A stretch of DNA of 64,000 bases from Escherichia coli (GTDB lineage Bacteria; Pseudomonadota; Gammaproteobacteria; Enterobacterales; Enterobacteriaceae): NCBI RefSeq assembly GCF_001677475.2, contig NZ_CP015229.1. One strand, given 5' to 3'. Numbering within the stretch: the first letter of the stretch is position 1; every line of letters begins with the position of its first letter. Both the position numbers and the translations under genes were made by a program. The notes beneath the pieces are model-generated. The model saw nothing but the letters and a program-made list of their open reading frames with translations. It had not been told where the DNA came from and ran no database searches. Shown here in pieces: positions 30,952 to 41,575 of this stretch.

Positions 30952-33900
30952 GCCAGCATTTACCTTTGGTCGCCGCACAGCCCGGCATCTGGATGGCAGA
31001 AAAACTGTCGGATTTACCCTCCGCCTGGAGCGTGGCGCATTACGTTGAGTTAACCGGAGAGGTTGATGCGCCATTACTGGCCCGCGCGGTGGTTGCCGGA
31101 TTAGCGCAAGCAGATACGTTGCGGATGCGTTTTACGGAAGATAACGGCGAAGTCTGGCAATGGGTTGATGATGCGCTGATATTCGAACTACCAGAAATTA
31201 TCGACCTGCGAACCAATATTGATCCGCACGGTACTGCGCGGGCATTAATGCAGGCGGATTTGCAACAAGATTTGCGCGTCGATAGCGGTAAACCACTGGT
31301 CTTTCATCAGCTGATACAGGTGGCGGATAACCGCTGGTACTGGTATCAGCGTTATCACCATTTGCTGGTCGATGGCTTCAGTTTCCCGGCCATTACCCGC
31401 CAGATCACCAATATTTACTGCACATTGCTGCGTGGTGAACCAACGCCTGCTTCGCCGTTTACGCCTTTCGCTGATGTAGTGGAAGAGTACCAGCAATACC
31501 GCGAAAGCGAAGCCTGGCAGCGTGATGCGGCATTCTGGGCAGAACAGCGTCGTCAACTGCCGCCGCCCGCGTCACTTTCTCCGGCACCTTTACCGGGGCG
31601 CAGCGCTTCGGCAGATATTTTGCGTCTGAAAATGGAATTTACCGACGGGGAATTCCGCCAGTTGGCTACGCAACTTTCAGGTGTGCAGCGTACCGATTTA
31701 GCCCTTGCGCTGACGGCTTTGTGGCTGGGGCGATTGTGCAACCGCATGGACTACGCCGCCGGATTTATCTTTATGCGTCGACTGGGCTCGGCGGCGTTGA
31801 CGGCTACCGGACCCGTGCTCAACGTTTTGCCGCTGGGTATTCATATTGTGGCGCAAGAAACGCTGCCGGAACTGGCAACCCGACTGGCAGCACAACTGAA
31901 AAAAATGCGTCGCCATCAACGTTACGATGCCGAACAAATTGTCCGTGACAGCGGGCGAGCGGCAGGTGATGAACCGCTGTTTGGTCCGGTACTCAATATT
32001 AAGGTATTTGATTACCATCTGGATATTCCTGGTGTTCAGACGCAAACCCATACCCTGGCAACCGGTCCGGTTAATGACCTTGAACTGGCCCTGTTCCCGG
32101 ATGAACACGGTGATTTGAGTATTGAAATCCTCGCCAATAAACAGCGTTACGCTGAGCCAACGTTAATCCAGCATGCTGAACGCCTGAAAATGCTGATCGC
32201 CCAGTTTGCCGCGGATCCGGCGCTGTTGTGCGGCGATGTCGATATTATGCTGCCAGGTGAGTATGCGCAGCTGGCGCAGATCAACGCCACTCAGGTTGAG
32301 ATTCCAGAAACCACGCTGAGCGCGCTGGTGGCAGAACAAGCGGCAAAAACACCGGATGCTCCGGCGCTGGTTGATGCGAGTTACCAGTTTAGCTATCGGG
32401 AAATGCGCGAGCAGGTGGTGGCGCTGGCGAATCTGCTGCGTGAGCGCGGCGTTAAACCGGGGGACAGCGTGGCGGTGGCACTACCGCGCTCGGTCTTTTT
32501 GACCCTGGCGCTACATGCGATAGTTGAAGCTGGCGCGGCCTGGCTACCGCTGGATACCGGCTATCCGGACGATCGCCTGAAAATGATGCTGGAAGATGCG
32601 CGTCCGTCGCTGTTAATCACCACCGACGATCAACTGCCGCGCTTTGCCGATGTTCCAGATTTAACCAACCTTTGCTATAACGCCCCGCTTACACCGCAGG
32701 GCAGTGCGCCGCTGCAACTTTCACAACCGCATCACACGGCTTATATCATCTTTACCTCTGGCTCCACCGGCAGGCCGAAAGGGGTAATGGTCGGGCAGAC
32801 GGCTATCGTTAACCGCCTGTTGTGGATGCAAAATCATTATCCGCTTACAGGCGAAGATGTCGTTGCCCAAAAAACGCCGTGCAGTTTTGATGTCTCGGTG
32901 TGGGAGTTTTTCTGGCCGTTTATTGCCGGGGCTAAACTGGTGATGGCTGAACCGGAAGCGCACCGCGACCCGCTCGCTATGCAGCAATTCTTTGCCGAAT
33001 ATGGCGTAACGACCACGCACTTTGTTCCCTCAATGCTGGCGGCATTTGTTGCATCGCTGACGCCGCAAACCGCTCGCCAGAGTTGCGTGACGTTGAAACA
33101 GGTTTTCTGTAGTGGTGAGGCCTTACCGGCTGATTTATGCCGCGAATGGCAACAGTTAACCAGCGTGCCGTTGCATAATCTATATGGCCCAACGGAAGCG
33201 GCGGTAGATGTCAGCTGGTATCCGGCTTTTGGCGAGGAACTGGCACAGGTGCGCGGCAGCAGTGTGCCGATTGGTTATCCGGTATGGAATACGGGTCTGC
33301 GTATTCTTGATGCGATGATGCATCCGGTGCCGCCGGGTGTGGCGGGTGATCTCTATCTCACCGGCATTCAACTGGCGCAGGGGTATCTTGGACGACCCGA
33401 TCTGACCGCCAGCCGTTTTATTGCCGATCCTTTTGCCCCAGGTGAACGGATGTACCGTACCGGAGACGTTGCCCGCTGGCTGGATAACGGCGCGGTGGAG
33501 TACCTCGGGCGCAGTGACGATCAGCTAAAAATTCGCGGGCAGCGTATCGAACTGGGCGAAATCGATCGCGTGATGCAGGCGCTGCCGGATGTCGAACAAG
33601 CCGTTACCCACGCCTGTGTGATTAACCTGGCGGCAGCCACCGGTGGTGATGCGCGTCAGTTGGTGGGCTATCTGGTGTCGCAATCAGGTCTGCCGTTGGA
33701 TACCAGCGCATTACAGGCACAGCTTCGCGAAACATTGCCGCCGCATATGGTGCCGGTCGTTCTGATGCAACTGCCGCAGTTGCCACTTAGCGCCAACGGC
33801 AAGCTGGATCGCAAAGCCTTACCGTTGCCTGAACTGAAGGCACAAGCGCCGGGACGTGCGCCGAAAGCGGGCAGTGAAACGATTATCGCCGCGGCATTCG

Positions 33901-34829
33901 CATCGTTGCTGGGTTGTGACGTGCAGGATGCCGATGCTGATTTCTTCACGCTTGGCGGTCACTCGCTACTGGCAATGAAACTGGCAGCGCAGTTAAGTCG
34001 ACAGTTTGCTCGTCAGGTGACGCCGGGGCAGGTGATGGTCGCGTCAACCGTCGCCAAACTGGCAACGATTATTGATGGTGAAGAAGACAGCTCCCGGCGC
34101 ATGGGATTCGAAACCATTCTGCCGTTGCGTGAAGGTAATGGCCCGACGCTGTTTTGTTTCCATCCGGCGTCCGGTTTTGCCTGGCAGTTTAGTGTGCTCT
34201 CGCGTTATCTCGATCCACAATGGTCGATTATTGGCATTCAGTCGCCGCGCCCTCATGGACCCATGCAGACAGCGACAAACCTGGATGAAGTCTGCGAAGC
34301 GCATCTGGCAACGCTACTTGAGCAACAACCGCACGGTCCTTATTACCTGCTGGGGTATTCCCTTGGCGGTACGCTGGCGCAGGGTATTGCGGCGCGACTG
34401 CGTGCCCGTGGCGAACAGGTGGTATTTCTTGGCTTGCTGGATACCTGGCCGCCAGAAACGCAAAACTGGCAGGAAAAAGAGGCTAATGCTCTGGACCCGG
34501 AAGTGCTGGCGGAGATTAACCGCGAACGCGAGGCCTTCCTGGCGGCACAGCAGGGAAGTACTTCAACGGAGTTGTTTACCACCATTGAAGGCAACTACGC
34601 TGATGCTGTGCGCCTGCTGACGACTGCTCATAGCGTACCGTTTGACGGTAAAGCGACGCTGTTTGTTGCTGAACGCACGCTTCAGGAAGGTATGAGTCCC
34701 GAACGCGCCTGGTCGCCGTGGATAGCGGAGCTGGATATCTATCGTCAGGATTGTGCGCATGTGGATATTATCTCTCCAGGGGCGTTTGAAAAAATTGGGC
34801 CGATTATTCGCACTACGCTAAACAGGTAA
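30948..34829 (+). CDS. entF: Enterobactin NRPS component EntF (C-A-PCP-TE)
   Basis: 1293-aa ORF; start overlaps ybdZ stop (ATGA). Confidence 0.95.
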   Translation: MSQHLPLVAAQPGIWMAEKLSDLPSAWSVAHYVELTGEVDAPLLARAVVAGLAQADTLRMRFTEDNGEVWQWVDDALIFELPEIIDLRTNIDPHGTARALMQADLQQDLRVDSGKPLVFHQLIQVADNRWYWYQRYHHLLVDGFSFPAITRQITNIYCTLLRGEPTPASPFTPFADVVEEYQQYRESEAWQRDAAFWAEQRRQLPPPASLSPAPLPGRSASADILRLKMEFTDGEFRQLATQLSGVQRTDLALALTALWLGRLCNRMDYAAGFIFMRRLGSAALTATGPVLNVLPLGIHIVAQETLPELATRLAAQLKKMRRHQRYDAEQIVRDSGRAAGDEPLFGPVLNIKVFDYHLDIPGVQTQTHTLATGPVNDLELALFPDEHGDLSIEILANKQRYAEPTLIQHAERLKMLIAQFAADPALLCGDVDIMLPGEYAQLAQINATQVEIPETTLSALVAEQAAKTPDAPALVDASYQFSYREMREQVVALANLLRERGVKPGDSVAVALPRSVFLTLALHAIVEAGAAWLPLDTGYPDDRLKMMLEDARPSLLITTDDQLPRFADVPDLTNLCYNAPLTPQGSAPLQLSQPHHTAYIIFTSGSTGRPKGVMVGQTAIVNRLLWMQNHYPLTGEDVVAQKTPCSFDVSVWEFFWPFIAGAKLVMAEPEAHRDPLAMQQFFAEYGVTTTHFVPSMLAAFVASLTPQTARQSCVTLKQVFCSGEALPADLCREWQQLTSVPLHNLYGPTEAAVDVSWYPAFGEELAQVRGSSVPIGYPVWNTGLRILDAMMHPVPPGVAGDLYLTGIQLAQGYLGRPDLTASRFIADPFAPGERMYRTGDVARWLDNGAVEYLGRSDDQLKIRGQRIELGEIDRVMQALPDVEQAVTHACVINLAAATGGDARQLVGYLVSQSGLPLDTSALQAQLRETLPPHMVPVVLMQLPQLPLSANGKLDRKALPLPELKAQAPGRAPKAGSETIIAAAFASLLGCDVQDADADFFTLGGHSLLAMKLAAQLSRQFARQVTPGQVMVASTVAKLATIIDGEEDSSRRMGFETILPLREGNGPTLFCFHPASGFAWQFSVLSRYLDPQWSIIGIQSPRPHGPMQTATNLDEVCEAHLATLLEQQPHGPYYLLGYSLGGTLAQGIAARLRARGEQVVFLGLLDTWPPETQNWQEKEANALDPEVLAEINREREAFLAAQQGSTSTELFTTIEGNYADAVRLLTTAHSVPFDGKATLFVAERTLQEGMSPERAWSPWIAELDIYRQDCAHVDIISPGAFEKIGPIIRTTLNR

Positions 34830-34844
34830 ATTAATATTATCTAT

Positions 34845-34890
34845 AAACCCATAATTACAGAAAATAATTATGGGTTTGTTATTTATTTTA
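34845..34890 (+). terminator. Rho-independent terminator after entF
   Basis: Perfect 12-bp stem aaacccataatt / aattatgggttt with 9-nt loop, followed by T-rich tract. Confidence 0.6.
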
Positions 34891-35044
34891 TTTATAAGTT
34901 TAGTGGTTATTTCTCTTAAATAGAATGAATGTTGCATTCAGTGGAAGGAATTTACAAACTTCAGCTTCGGATAATTCTCACCAACTGGTAAAGTGAGCGC
35001 CGTGGAGATTTTCCCCTATTGGACTCATTTTCAGGTTATACCCC

Positions 35045-36178
35045 ATGTCATCACTGAATATTAAACAGGGAAGTGACGCTCATTTTCCTGAGTATCCTCT
35101 GGCGTCGCCCAGTAATAATGAAATTGATTTACTTAATCTAATCGAAGTTTTATGGCGGGCCAAAAAAACGGTCATGGCGGTCGTTTTTGCATTTGCCTGC
35201 GCAGGTTTACTGATCTCTTTCATCCTGCCGCAAAAATGGACCAGCTCAGCCGTTATTACTCCCGCCGAAGCCATTCAGTGGCAGGACCTGGAGAAAACCT
35301 TTACCAAACTCCGCGTTCTTGATCTCGATGTTAATATCGACCGTGGCGGTGCATTTAACCTGTTTATCAAGAAGTTTCAGTCGGTTAGCTTGCTGGAAGA
35401 GTACCTACGTTCATCACCTTATGTGATGGACCAATTAAAAGAGGCGAAAATCGACGAACTGGATTTGCATCGCGCAATTGTCGCATTGAGCGAAAAAATG
35501 AAAGCGGTTGATGACAATGCCAGTAAGAAAAAAGATGAACCGTCACTGTATACCTCCTGGACGCTAACTTTTACCGCACCAACCAGTGAAGAAGCGAAGA
35601 CCGTTTTGAGCGGGTATATCGATTATATCTCTGCGTTGGTGGTGAAAGAGTCGATAGAAAACGTCCGTAATAAACTGGAGATCAAAACCCAGTTTGAAAA
35701 AGAAAAACTGGCTCAGGATCGCATTAAAACGAAAAATCAACTTGATGCAAACATTCAGCGCCTCAATTATTCACTCGACATTGCCAACGCGGCAGGAATT
35801 AAAAAGCCCGTATACAGTAATGGTCAGGCCGTTAAAGATGACCCCGATTTCTCTATTTCTCTCGGCGCAGACGGTATTGAACGCAAACTGGAAATTGAAA
35901 AAGCGGTCACTGACGTTGCGGAACTGAACGGTGAATTACGTAATCGTCAGTATCTTGTTGAGCAGTTAACAAAAGCAAATATCAACGATGTGAATTTTAC
36001 GCCATTTAAATATCAGTTAAGCCCGTCATTGCCAGTGAAAAAAGACGGTCCGGGTAAGGCGATTATTGTGATCCTTTCCGCGTTGATCGGCGGAATGGTG
36101 GCTTGTGGTGGCGTGCTGTTGCGCCATGCGATGGCATCCAGAAAACAGGATGCCATGATGGCAGACCACTTAGTTTAA
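35045..36178 (+). CDS. fepE: Polysaccharide chain-length regulator (Wzz-like) FepE
   Basis: 377-aa ORF with N- and C-terminal TM segments. Confidence 0.9.
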   Translation: MSSLNIKQGSDAHFPEYPLASPSNNEIDLLNLIEVLWRAKKTVMAVVFAFACAGLLISFILPQKWTSSAVITPAEAIQWQDLEKTFTKLRVLDLDVNIDRGGAFNLFIKKFQSVSLLEEYLRSSPYVMDQLKEAKIDELDLHRAIVALSEKMKAVDDNASKKKDEPSLYTSWTLTFTAPTSEEAKTVLSGYIDYISALVVKESIENVRNKLEIKTQFEKEKLAQDRIKTKNQLDANIQRLNYSLDIANAAGIKKPVYSNGQAVKDDPDFSISLGADGIERKLEIEKAVTDVAELNGELRNRQYLVEQLTKANINDVNFTPFKYQLSPSLPVKKDGPGKAIIVILSALIGGMVACGGVLLRHAMASRKQDAMMADHLV

Positions 36179-36990
36179 ATATTTGCGGTTGAAGGTGCCG
36201 TTCGTCCGAGCGGCACCACGAGCGGCGTTCCGGCTACCGGATCGTCAATTATCATGCAGCGCAGACCATAAATGCGCTCGATCAATTCAGCAGTGACAAT
36301 CTCCTTCGGCGCTCCCTGAGCAATAATTTTCCCTTCCCGCAATGCAATCAAATGGCTGGCGTAACGACAGGCCTGGTTAAGATCGTGCAGCACTGCCGCC
36401 AGGGTATAGCCTTTCTCACGGTTCAGTTCGCTCAACAGTTCCAGTAGATCAATCTGATGACTGATATCCAGCCAGGTCGTTGGTTCGTCGAGCAGCATAA
36501 TTGCCGTTTCCTGGGCCAGCACCATCGCGATCCACGCTCGCTGGCGTTGTCCACCAGAAAGGGTATCCACGCTTTGATTTGCCAGATGAGTTATTCCCGT
36601 GGCCTGCATCGCTTTCGTTACCGCTTCTTCATCTTCTTTGCGCCAGCGGGTAAACAGCGGTTGATGCGGGTAACGTCCACGCGCCACCAGCTCCTGCACG
36701 GTGATATCGCCCGGCGTGGTAGCATTTTGCGCCAACAGACCAATCCGGCGTGCAACCTCTTTACTGGCGTAATGTTGAATGTGCTCACCATCCAGCCAGA
36801 CATGCCCGTGAGCAGGCGTCATCAGGCGGCTTAAAGTACGCAGTAAAGTGGATTTACCGCAGCCATTTGGCCCGATAATTGCCGTGAAGTGACCATCAGG
36901 TATTTCTACAGTCAGATTTTCCGCAACGGTATATTTGCCATATCCGAGGGTTAACTGTTCGCCGCGCAAACGGGCTACTGATTCGGTCAT
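36175..36990 (-). CDS. fepC: Ferric enterobactin ABC transporter ATPase FepC
   Basis: Start trimmed to MTESVARLRGEQL (cat at 36988..36990); Walker A GPNGCGKST; 271 aa. Confidence 0.95.
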   Translation of the reverse strand: MTESVARLRGEQLTLGYGKYTVAENLTVEIPDGHFTAIIGPNGCGKSTLLRTLSRLMTPAHGHVWLDGEHIQHYASKEVARRIGLLAQNATTPGDITVQELVARGRYPHQPLFTRWRKEDEEAVTKAMQATGITHLANQSVDTLSGGQRQRAWIAMVLAQETAIMLLDEPTTWLDISHQIDLLELLSELNREKGYTLAAVLHDLNQACRYASHLIALREGKIIAQGAPKEIVTAELIERIYGLRCMIIDDPVAGTPLVVPLGRTAPSTANI

Positions 36991-37979
36991 TTTTTGCGAG
37001 ACTCCTGAATTAACAAGACGATAAGGTAAATACCGCCGAGGCTGACGGTAACGACGCCAACCGGAAGTTGATACGGCATAAACAGTTGTTGGGCGCAGAG
37101 ATCGGCCGCCAGCAGTAACAGCGCCCCGCACAGCGCCGCCTGGGTCAGCCCCCAGCGAGCGGTGCCGCTAATGCGTCGGGCAATGTGCGGCGCGACTAAA
37201 GCAATAAAGGAAATCGGCCCGGCAAGCGCTGTTGCCGCAGCGGTAAGCACCACTGCAACCAGCATCATTAATAGACGCGAACGTTCGACGCTGACGCCCA
37301 GCGCACACGCGGTATCATCGCCCATCTCCAGCAAGCGCATTCGCCGCACCAGTAAGGCGGCGGCAATGAGCATCAATATAATGATGGGGGCGGAAGGCGA
37401 GGTTTTTGCCCACGTCAGGCCGTTGAGCGATCCGGCATTCCACAAACCTGCTGTTAGCGCCGTTTCTAAAGACGCTTTCAGCAACAGCCAGGTATTAAAG
37501 GCCACCAGCATGGCGCGAACACCGATACCGATAATAATCAACCGAAAGGTGTCGATGCCGTTACGCCAGGCGAGCAGCCAGACCAACAGCGAAGTGACAA
37601 TGCCGCCCATCATTGCTGCCAGCGCGATAGCCGTCAGGTCCTGACCAAACAGCACCATCGCCACCAGCACGCCGCTCCACGCCCCGGTGTTAAAACCCAT
37701 TACGTCAGGGCTGCCGAGCGGGTTACGCATCAGCGACTGAAAAATCGCGCCGCTGACGCCCAGCGCCGCGCCAATCAACAGCGCCATCAGCACGCGTGGT
37801 AAACGCCATTCGGTGACCACCATCGTCATACTGCGCGGCGCATCGCCCATCAGCGCGGCGAATACCTGCGAGGTTTCCAGCGTGACGGCACCGCTGCGTA
37901 ATCCCCAGATACCTGCAACCACACAGGCGGAAATCAGCAGCAAACAGGTGATGAGTAATCGGCGAGAGACGTAAATCAT
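36987..37979 (-). CDS. fepG: Ferric enterobactin ABC transporter permease FepG
   Basis: 330-aa ORF; 4-nt overlap with fepC start. Confidence 0.95.
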   Translation of the reverse strand: MIYVSRRLLITCLLLISACVVAGIWGLRSGAVTLETSQVFAALMGDAPRSMTMVVTEWRLPRVLMALLIGAALGVSGAIFQSLMRNPLGSPDVMGFNTGAWSGVLVAMVLFGQDLTAIALAAMMGGIVTSLLVWLLAWRNGIDTFRLIIIGIGVRAMLVAFNTWLLLKASLETALTAGLWNAGSLNGLTWAKTSPSAPIIILMLIAAALLVRRMRLLEMGDDTACALGVSVERSRLLMMLVAVVLTAAATALAGPISFIALVAPHIARRISGTARWGLTQAALCGALLLLAADLCAQQLFMPYQLPVGVVTVSLGGIYLIVLLIQESRKK

Positions 37980-38980
37980 GCACCACCTCGCGTTTTACGT
38001 CGCACGAGGAAGATTAGCACCGGTGCACCAATAAACGCACTGACCACAGAAACGCGCAACTCGCCGGGCACAATCACCCGCCCGATGATATCGGCAAACA
38101 GCAGCAGGGCAGGGGTGGCGAGTAGCGTGACGGGCAGCGACCAGCGATGATCGGCACCCACCAGCCAACGCGCCATATGCGGCATCATCAGGCCAATAAA
38201 GGCAATCGGGCCAACTACCGCTGTCGCACTACCACAAAGCACGGTAATCGCCAGCAGACCAATTAACTGTGTGCGCGCCACGCGACTGCCCAGCGCCGTC
38301 GCGGTGTCGCTGCCGAGGCTTAAACTGTTCAGTGCGCGGCTCAGTAATAGCGCGGTTGCTCCGGCGACCAGCACCGGGATCAGCACCACTTTTAAGGTAT
38401 GTAGATTGCGAATATCCAGCGAACCGGCTTGCCAGAAACGTAGTTGATCGTAGACGTCAGGATTAAGCAGGGCGATGCCGCTGGTCAGCCCTTCCAGCAC
38501 CGCCGCCAGCGCCACGCCCGCCAGGGTTAAACGCACCGGACTTAACTGCCCGCCGCCCTGGCTGCCGGTAAAGGCAACAATCAACGAGGCCACCAGCGCC
38601 CCGGCGAAGGCCATCGCCAGTTGTTCCTGTGCGGAAGAGTAACCAAACAGCGCCGCACCCAGCACAATGGCAAAGCTGGCTCCGGCGTTCACGCCAAGCA
38701 AGCCGGGGTCGGCAAGTGGATTTCGGGTGAGGGTTTGCATCAACGCCCCGGCAAGGCCAAGCGCGCCGCCTGCAAGTAAACCGGCAAGGGTGCGCGGCAG
38801 TCGCGCGTCGAGCACGATGGTGCAGTCGGCGCTCTGACAGGTGCCGGAGAGGGCCTCCAGCACTACGGAAGCGGGGAGTGATTTTGCCCCAATGAGCAGG
38901 CTTAATGCCGTCGCGATAATCAGTAATAACAGCAATCCGGGCACGGCAATGGCGCGTGTCACGGCAACAGAACCAGACAT
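37976..38980 (-). CDS. fepD: Ferric enterobactin ABC transporter permease FepD
   Basis: Start trimmed to MSGSVAVTRAIAV; 334 aa; 4-nt overlap with fepG start. Confidence 0.95.
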   Translation of the reverse strand: MSGSVAVTRAIAVPGLLLLLIIATALSLLIGAKSLPASVVLEALSGTCQSADCTIVLDARLPRTLAGLLAGGALGLAGALMQTLTRNPLADPGLLGVNAGASFAIVLGAALFGYSSAQEQLAMAFAGALVASLIVAFTGSQGGGQLSPVRLTLAGVALAAVLEGLTSGIALLNPDVYDQLRFWQAGSLDIRNLHTLKVVLIPVLVAGATALLLSRALNSLSLGSDTATALGSRVARTQLIGLLAITVLCGSATAVVGPIAFIGLMMPHMARWLVGADHRWSLPVTLLATPALLLFADIIGRVIVPGELRVSVVSAFIGAPVLIFLVRRKTRGGA

Positions 38981-38992
38981 ACGAACTTCCAT

Positions 38993-39017
38993 GATAATGA
39001 AATTAATTATCGTTATC
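38993..39017. promoter_or_regulatory. Putative Fur box in fepD-entS divergent promoter
   Basis: gataatgaaattaattatcgttatc between fepD start (38980) and entS start (39091). Confidence 0.5.
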
Positions 39018-39090
39018 GATCTTATTTGGATATGTTAGCATGTGCAGCCTAAGAATAGGTATTTAAAATATTTGATGGCAAGGCATTGTA

Positions 39091-40341
39091 ATGAATAAAC
39101 AATCCTGGCTGCTTAACCTCAGCCTGTTGAAAACGCACCCGGCGTTTCGCGCAGTATTCCTCGCTCGTTTTATCTCAATTGTGTCTCTGGGTTTGCTCGG
39201 CGTCGCGGTACCGGTGCAGATCCAGATGATGACGCATTCTACCTGGCAGGTGGGGCTTTCGGTGACGCTGACCGGCGGCGCGATGTTTGTTGGCCTGATG
39301 GTCGGCGGTGTGCTGGCGGATCGCTATGAGCGCAAAAAAGTGATTTTACTGGCGCGCGGCACCTGTGGCATTGGCTTCATTGGACTGTGCCTGAATGCGC
39401 TGCTGCCGGAGCCGTCATTGCTGGCAATCTATTCACTCGGTTTATGGGATGGTTTTTTCGCATCGCTTGGCGTTACGGCGCTACTGGCGGCGACACCTGC
39501 ACTGGTAGGGCGTGAAAACCTAATGCAGGCCGGGGCGATCACCATGTTGACCGTGCGTCTGGGATCGGTGATTTCGCCCATGATTGGCGGTTTACTGCTG
39601 GCGACTGGCGGCATAGCCTGGAACTACGGGCTGGCGGCGGCGGGCACGTTTATTACCTTGCTACCGTTGTTAAGCCTTCCGGCGTTGCCACCGCCACCGC
39701 AGCCGCGTGAGCATCCGTTGAAATCATTACTGGCAGGATTTCGTTTTCTGCTCGCCAGCCCGCTGGTAGGAGGGATTGCGCTGCTGGGTGGTTTATTGAC
39801 GATGGCGAGCGCGGTGCGGGTACTGTATCCGGCGCTGGCTGACAACTGGCAGATGTCGGCGGCACAGATTGGTTTTCTCTATGCGGCGATCCCGCTCGGT
39901 GCGGCTATTGGCGCGTTAACCAGCGGGAAGCTGGCACATAGCGCGCGACCAGGGTTATTGATGTTGCTCTCCACGCTGGGATCGTTCCTCGCCATTGGTC
40001 TGTTTGGCCTGATGCCGATGTGGATTTTAGGCGTGGTTTGTCTGGCGCTGTTCGGCTGGCTGAGCGCGGTTAGTTCGTTGCTGCAATATACAATGCTGCA
40101 AACGCAAACCCCGGAAGCGATGTTAGGGCGGATTAACGGTTTGTGGACGGCGCAAAATGTGACGGGAGATGCCATAGGCGCGGCGCTGCTGGGCGGTTTG
40201 GGAGCGATGATGACACCGGTTGCTTCCGCAAGCGCGAGCGGTTTTGGTTTGTTGATTATCGGCGTGTTGTTGTTGCTGGTGCTGGTGGAGTTGCGACGTT
40301 TTCGCCAGACGCCGCCGCAGGTGACAGCGTCCGACAGTTAG
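39091..40341 (+). CDS. entS: Enterobactin exporter (MFS) EntS
   Basis: 416-aa ORF, polytopic membrane protein. Confidence 0.95.
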   Translation: MNKQSWLLNLSLLKTHPAFRAVFLARFISIVSLGLLGVAVPVQIQMMTHSTWQVGLSVTLTGGAMFVGLMVGGVLADRYERKKVILLARGTCGIGFIGLCLNALLPEPSLLAIYSLGLWDGFFASLGVTALLAATPALVGRENLMQAGAITMLTVRLGSVISPMIGGLLLATGGIAWNYGLAAAGTFITLLPLLSLPALPPPPQPREHPLKSLLAGFRFLLASPLVGGIALLGGLLTMASAVRVLYPALADNWQMSAAQIGFLYAAIPLGAAIGALTSGKLAHSARPGLLMLLSTLGSFLAIGLFGLMPMWILGVVCLALFGWLSAVSSLLQYTMLQTQTPEAMLGRINGLWTAQNVTGDAIGAALLGGLGAMMTPVASASASGFGLLIIGVLLLLVLVELRRFRQTPPQVTASDS

Positions 40342-40354
40342 CTAAAGGTGCATT

Positions 40355-40399
40355 TTCCCCTCACCCTAACCCTCTCCCCAAAGGGGCGAGGGGACTGTT
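40355..40399. repeat. GC-rich palindromic intergenic repeat, copy 1 (family name uncertain)
   Basis: ttcccctcaccctaaccctctccccaaaggggcgaggggactgtt; imperfect palindrome; near-identical element at 48749..48794. Confidence 0.6.
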
Positions 40400-40421
40400 A
40401 GTGCTCTAATTTTATGTTTTA

Positions 40422-41387
40422 TCAATCTTTTTTAAACAGTGAATTAAGTCTGTCCAGCACTTGCATGGCGCTGTAGTAATCCAGGCGGAACGTCTCGGTT
40501 CCCAGCGCATAAACCTGCTTGTTTTGTACTGCGGGCAGGTGTGCGAGCAGCGGATTAGCATAAATAGCATCGGCGTCTTTCTGATCACCGGCGAACAGGA
40601 ATAGTGACTCGCCATTTAACCCTGCAGCCAGATTTTCCCCACCAAGCTGAATGATGTCATGGCGTTTGCCCTGGCTTTGGCTGGCGTTTAAGCCTGCGGG
40701 CAACTTCGCCAGCGTAAAGCCGAGTTGTTCCAGCATCTGCCCTTGTGCTGATTCCGGCGTCCAGAGATTGGCACTGTGTGCAGCGGCAGTATAGACAATG
40801 GCAGTGATCGGCTGCGGCGGTAATTTGATTTGCTCTTTCGCCGCTGCCAGTTGCTTATCAAACTGTGCAATCCGCTTTGCCGCTTGTTTCTCATGCCCGG
40901 TAATTTCGCCAAGCTGCGTTAACAGCGACTGCCAGCTTTTGTCGTCGTAATTGATGATTAATGTCGGGGCGATGGTAGAGAGCTGATCATACAGCGCCAG
41001 CGCCGAATCACCGCCGGTTGCGCTAATTAAAATCAGATCCGGCATTTGCGCGGCAACGGCTTCTGCACTCGGTTCGCCGATATAGAGCCGTTGCAGTTTG
41101 CGTTCTGTCGCCACCTTGCTCCACTGGCGTAAAAAGCCCTGGTCATCCGCGACGCGGTTATTTGGCGTGGTCGCGCCGCTGGCGATCACCGGAGCATCAA
41201 TCGCCAGCAGTGAGCCGGTCAAGGTGACGCTGGTGGAAACAATACGCTGCGGCTGGCTTTCCAGGGTATGAGTGCCACGGCTGTCAGTAATCTGACGCGG
41301 CCAGTCGGCAGCCTGAACTACGGCTATTCCTGAAAGCAAAAGTCCTGTTAATAGAAGGGCGTTGCGGTAGAGCGAGGCGAGTCTCAC
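40422..41387 (-). CDS. fepB: Periplasmic ferric enterobactin-binding protein FepB
   Basis: 321-aa [29 protein letters not shown]... Confidence 0.95.
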   Translation of the reverse strand: MRLASLYRNALLLTGLLLSGIAVVQAADWPRQITDSRGTHTLESQPQRIVSTSVTLTGSLLAIDAPVIASGATTPNNRVADDQGFLRQWSKVATERKLQRLYIGEPSAEAVAAQMPDLILISATGGDSALALYDQLSTIAPTLIINYDDKSWQSLLTQLGEITGHEKQAAKRIAQFDKQLAAAKEQIKLPPQPITAIVYTAAAHSANLWTPESAQGQMLEQLGFTLAKLPAGLNASQSQGKRHDIIQLGGENLAAGLNGESLFLFAGDQKDADAIYANPLLAHLPAVQNKQVYALGTETFRLDYYSAMQVLDRLNSLFKKD

Positions 41388-41526
41388 AAATCAGCTTCCT
41401 GTTATTAATGAAGTTAATGCTTCTCATTTTCATTGTAACCACAACCAGATGCAACCCCGAGTTGCAGATTGCGTTACCTCAAGAGTTGACATAGTGCGCG
41501 TTTGCTTTTAGGTTAGCGACCGAAAA

Positions 41527-41547
41527 TATAAATGATAATCATTATTA
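41527..41547. promoter_or_regulatory. Fur box in fepB-entC divergent promoter
   Basis: ataaatgataatcattatt, close match to GATAATGATAATCATTATC. Confidence 0.65.
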
Positions 41548-41575
41548 AAGCCTTTATCATTTTGTGGAGGATGAT

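Noticed and set aside
31245-34760. Numerous small ORFs on both strands inside entF
   Set aside because: Embedded within the continuous 1293-aa NRPS reading frame; no support as independent genes
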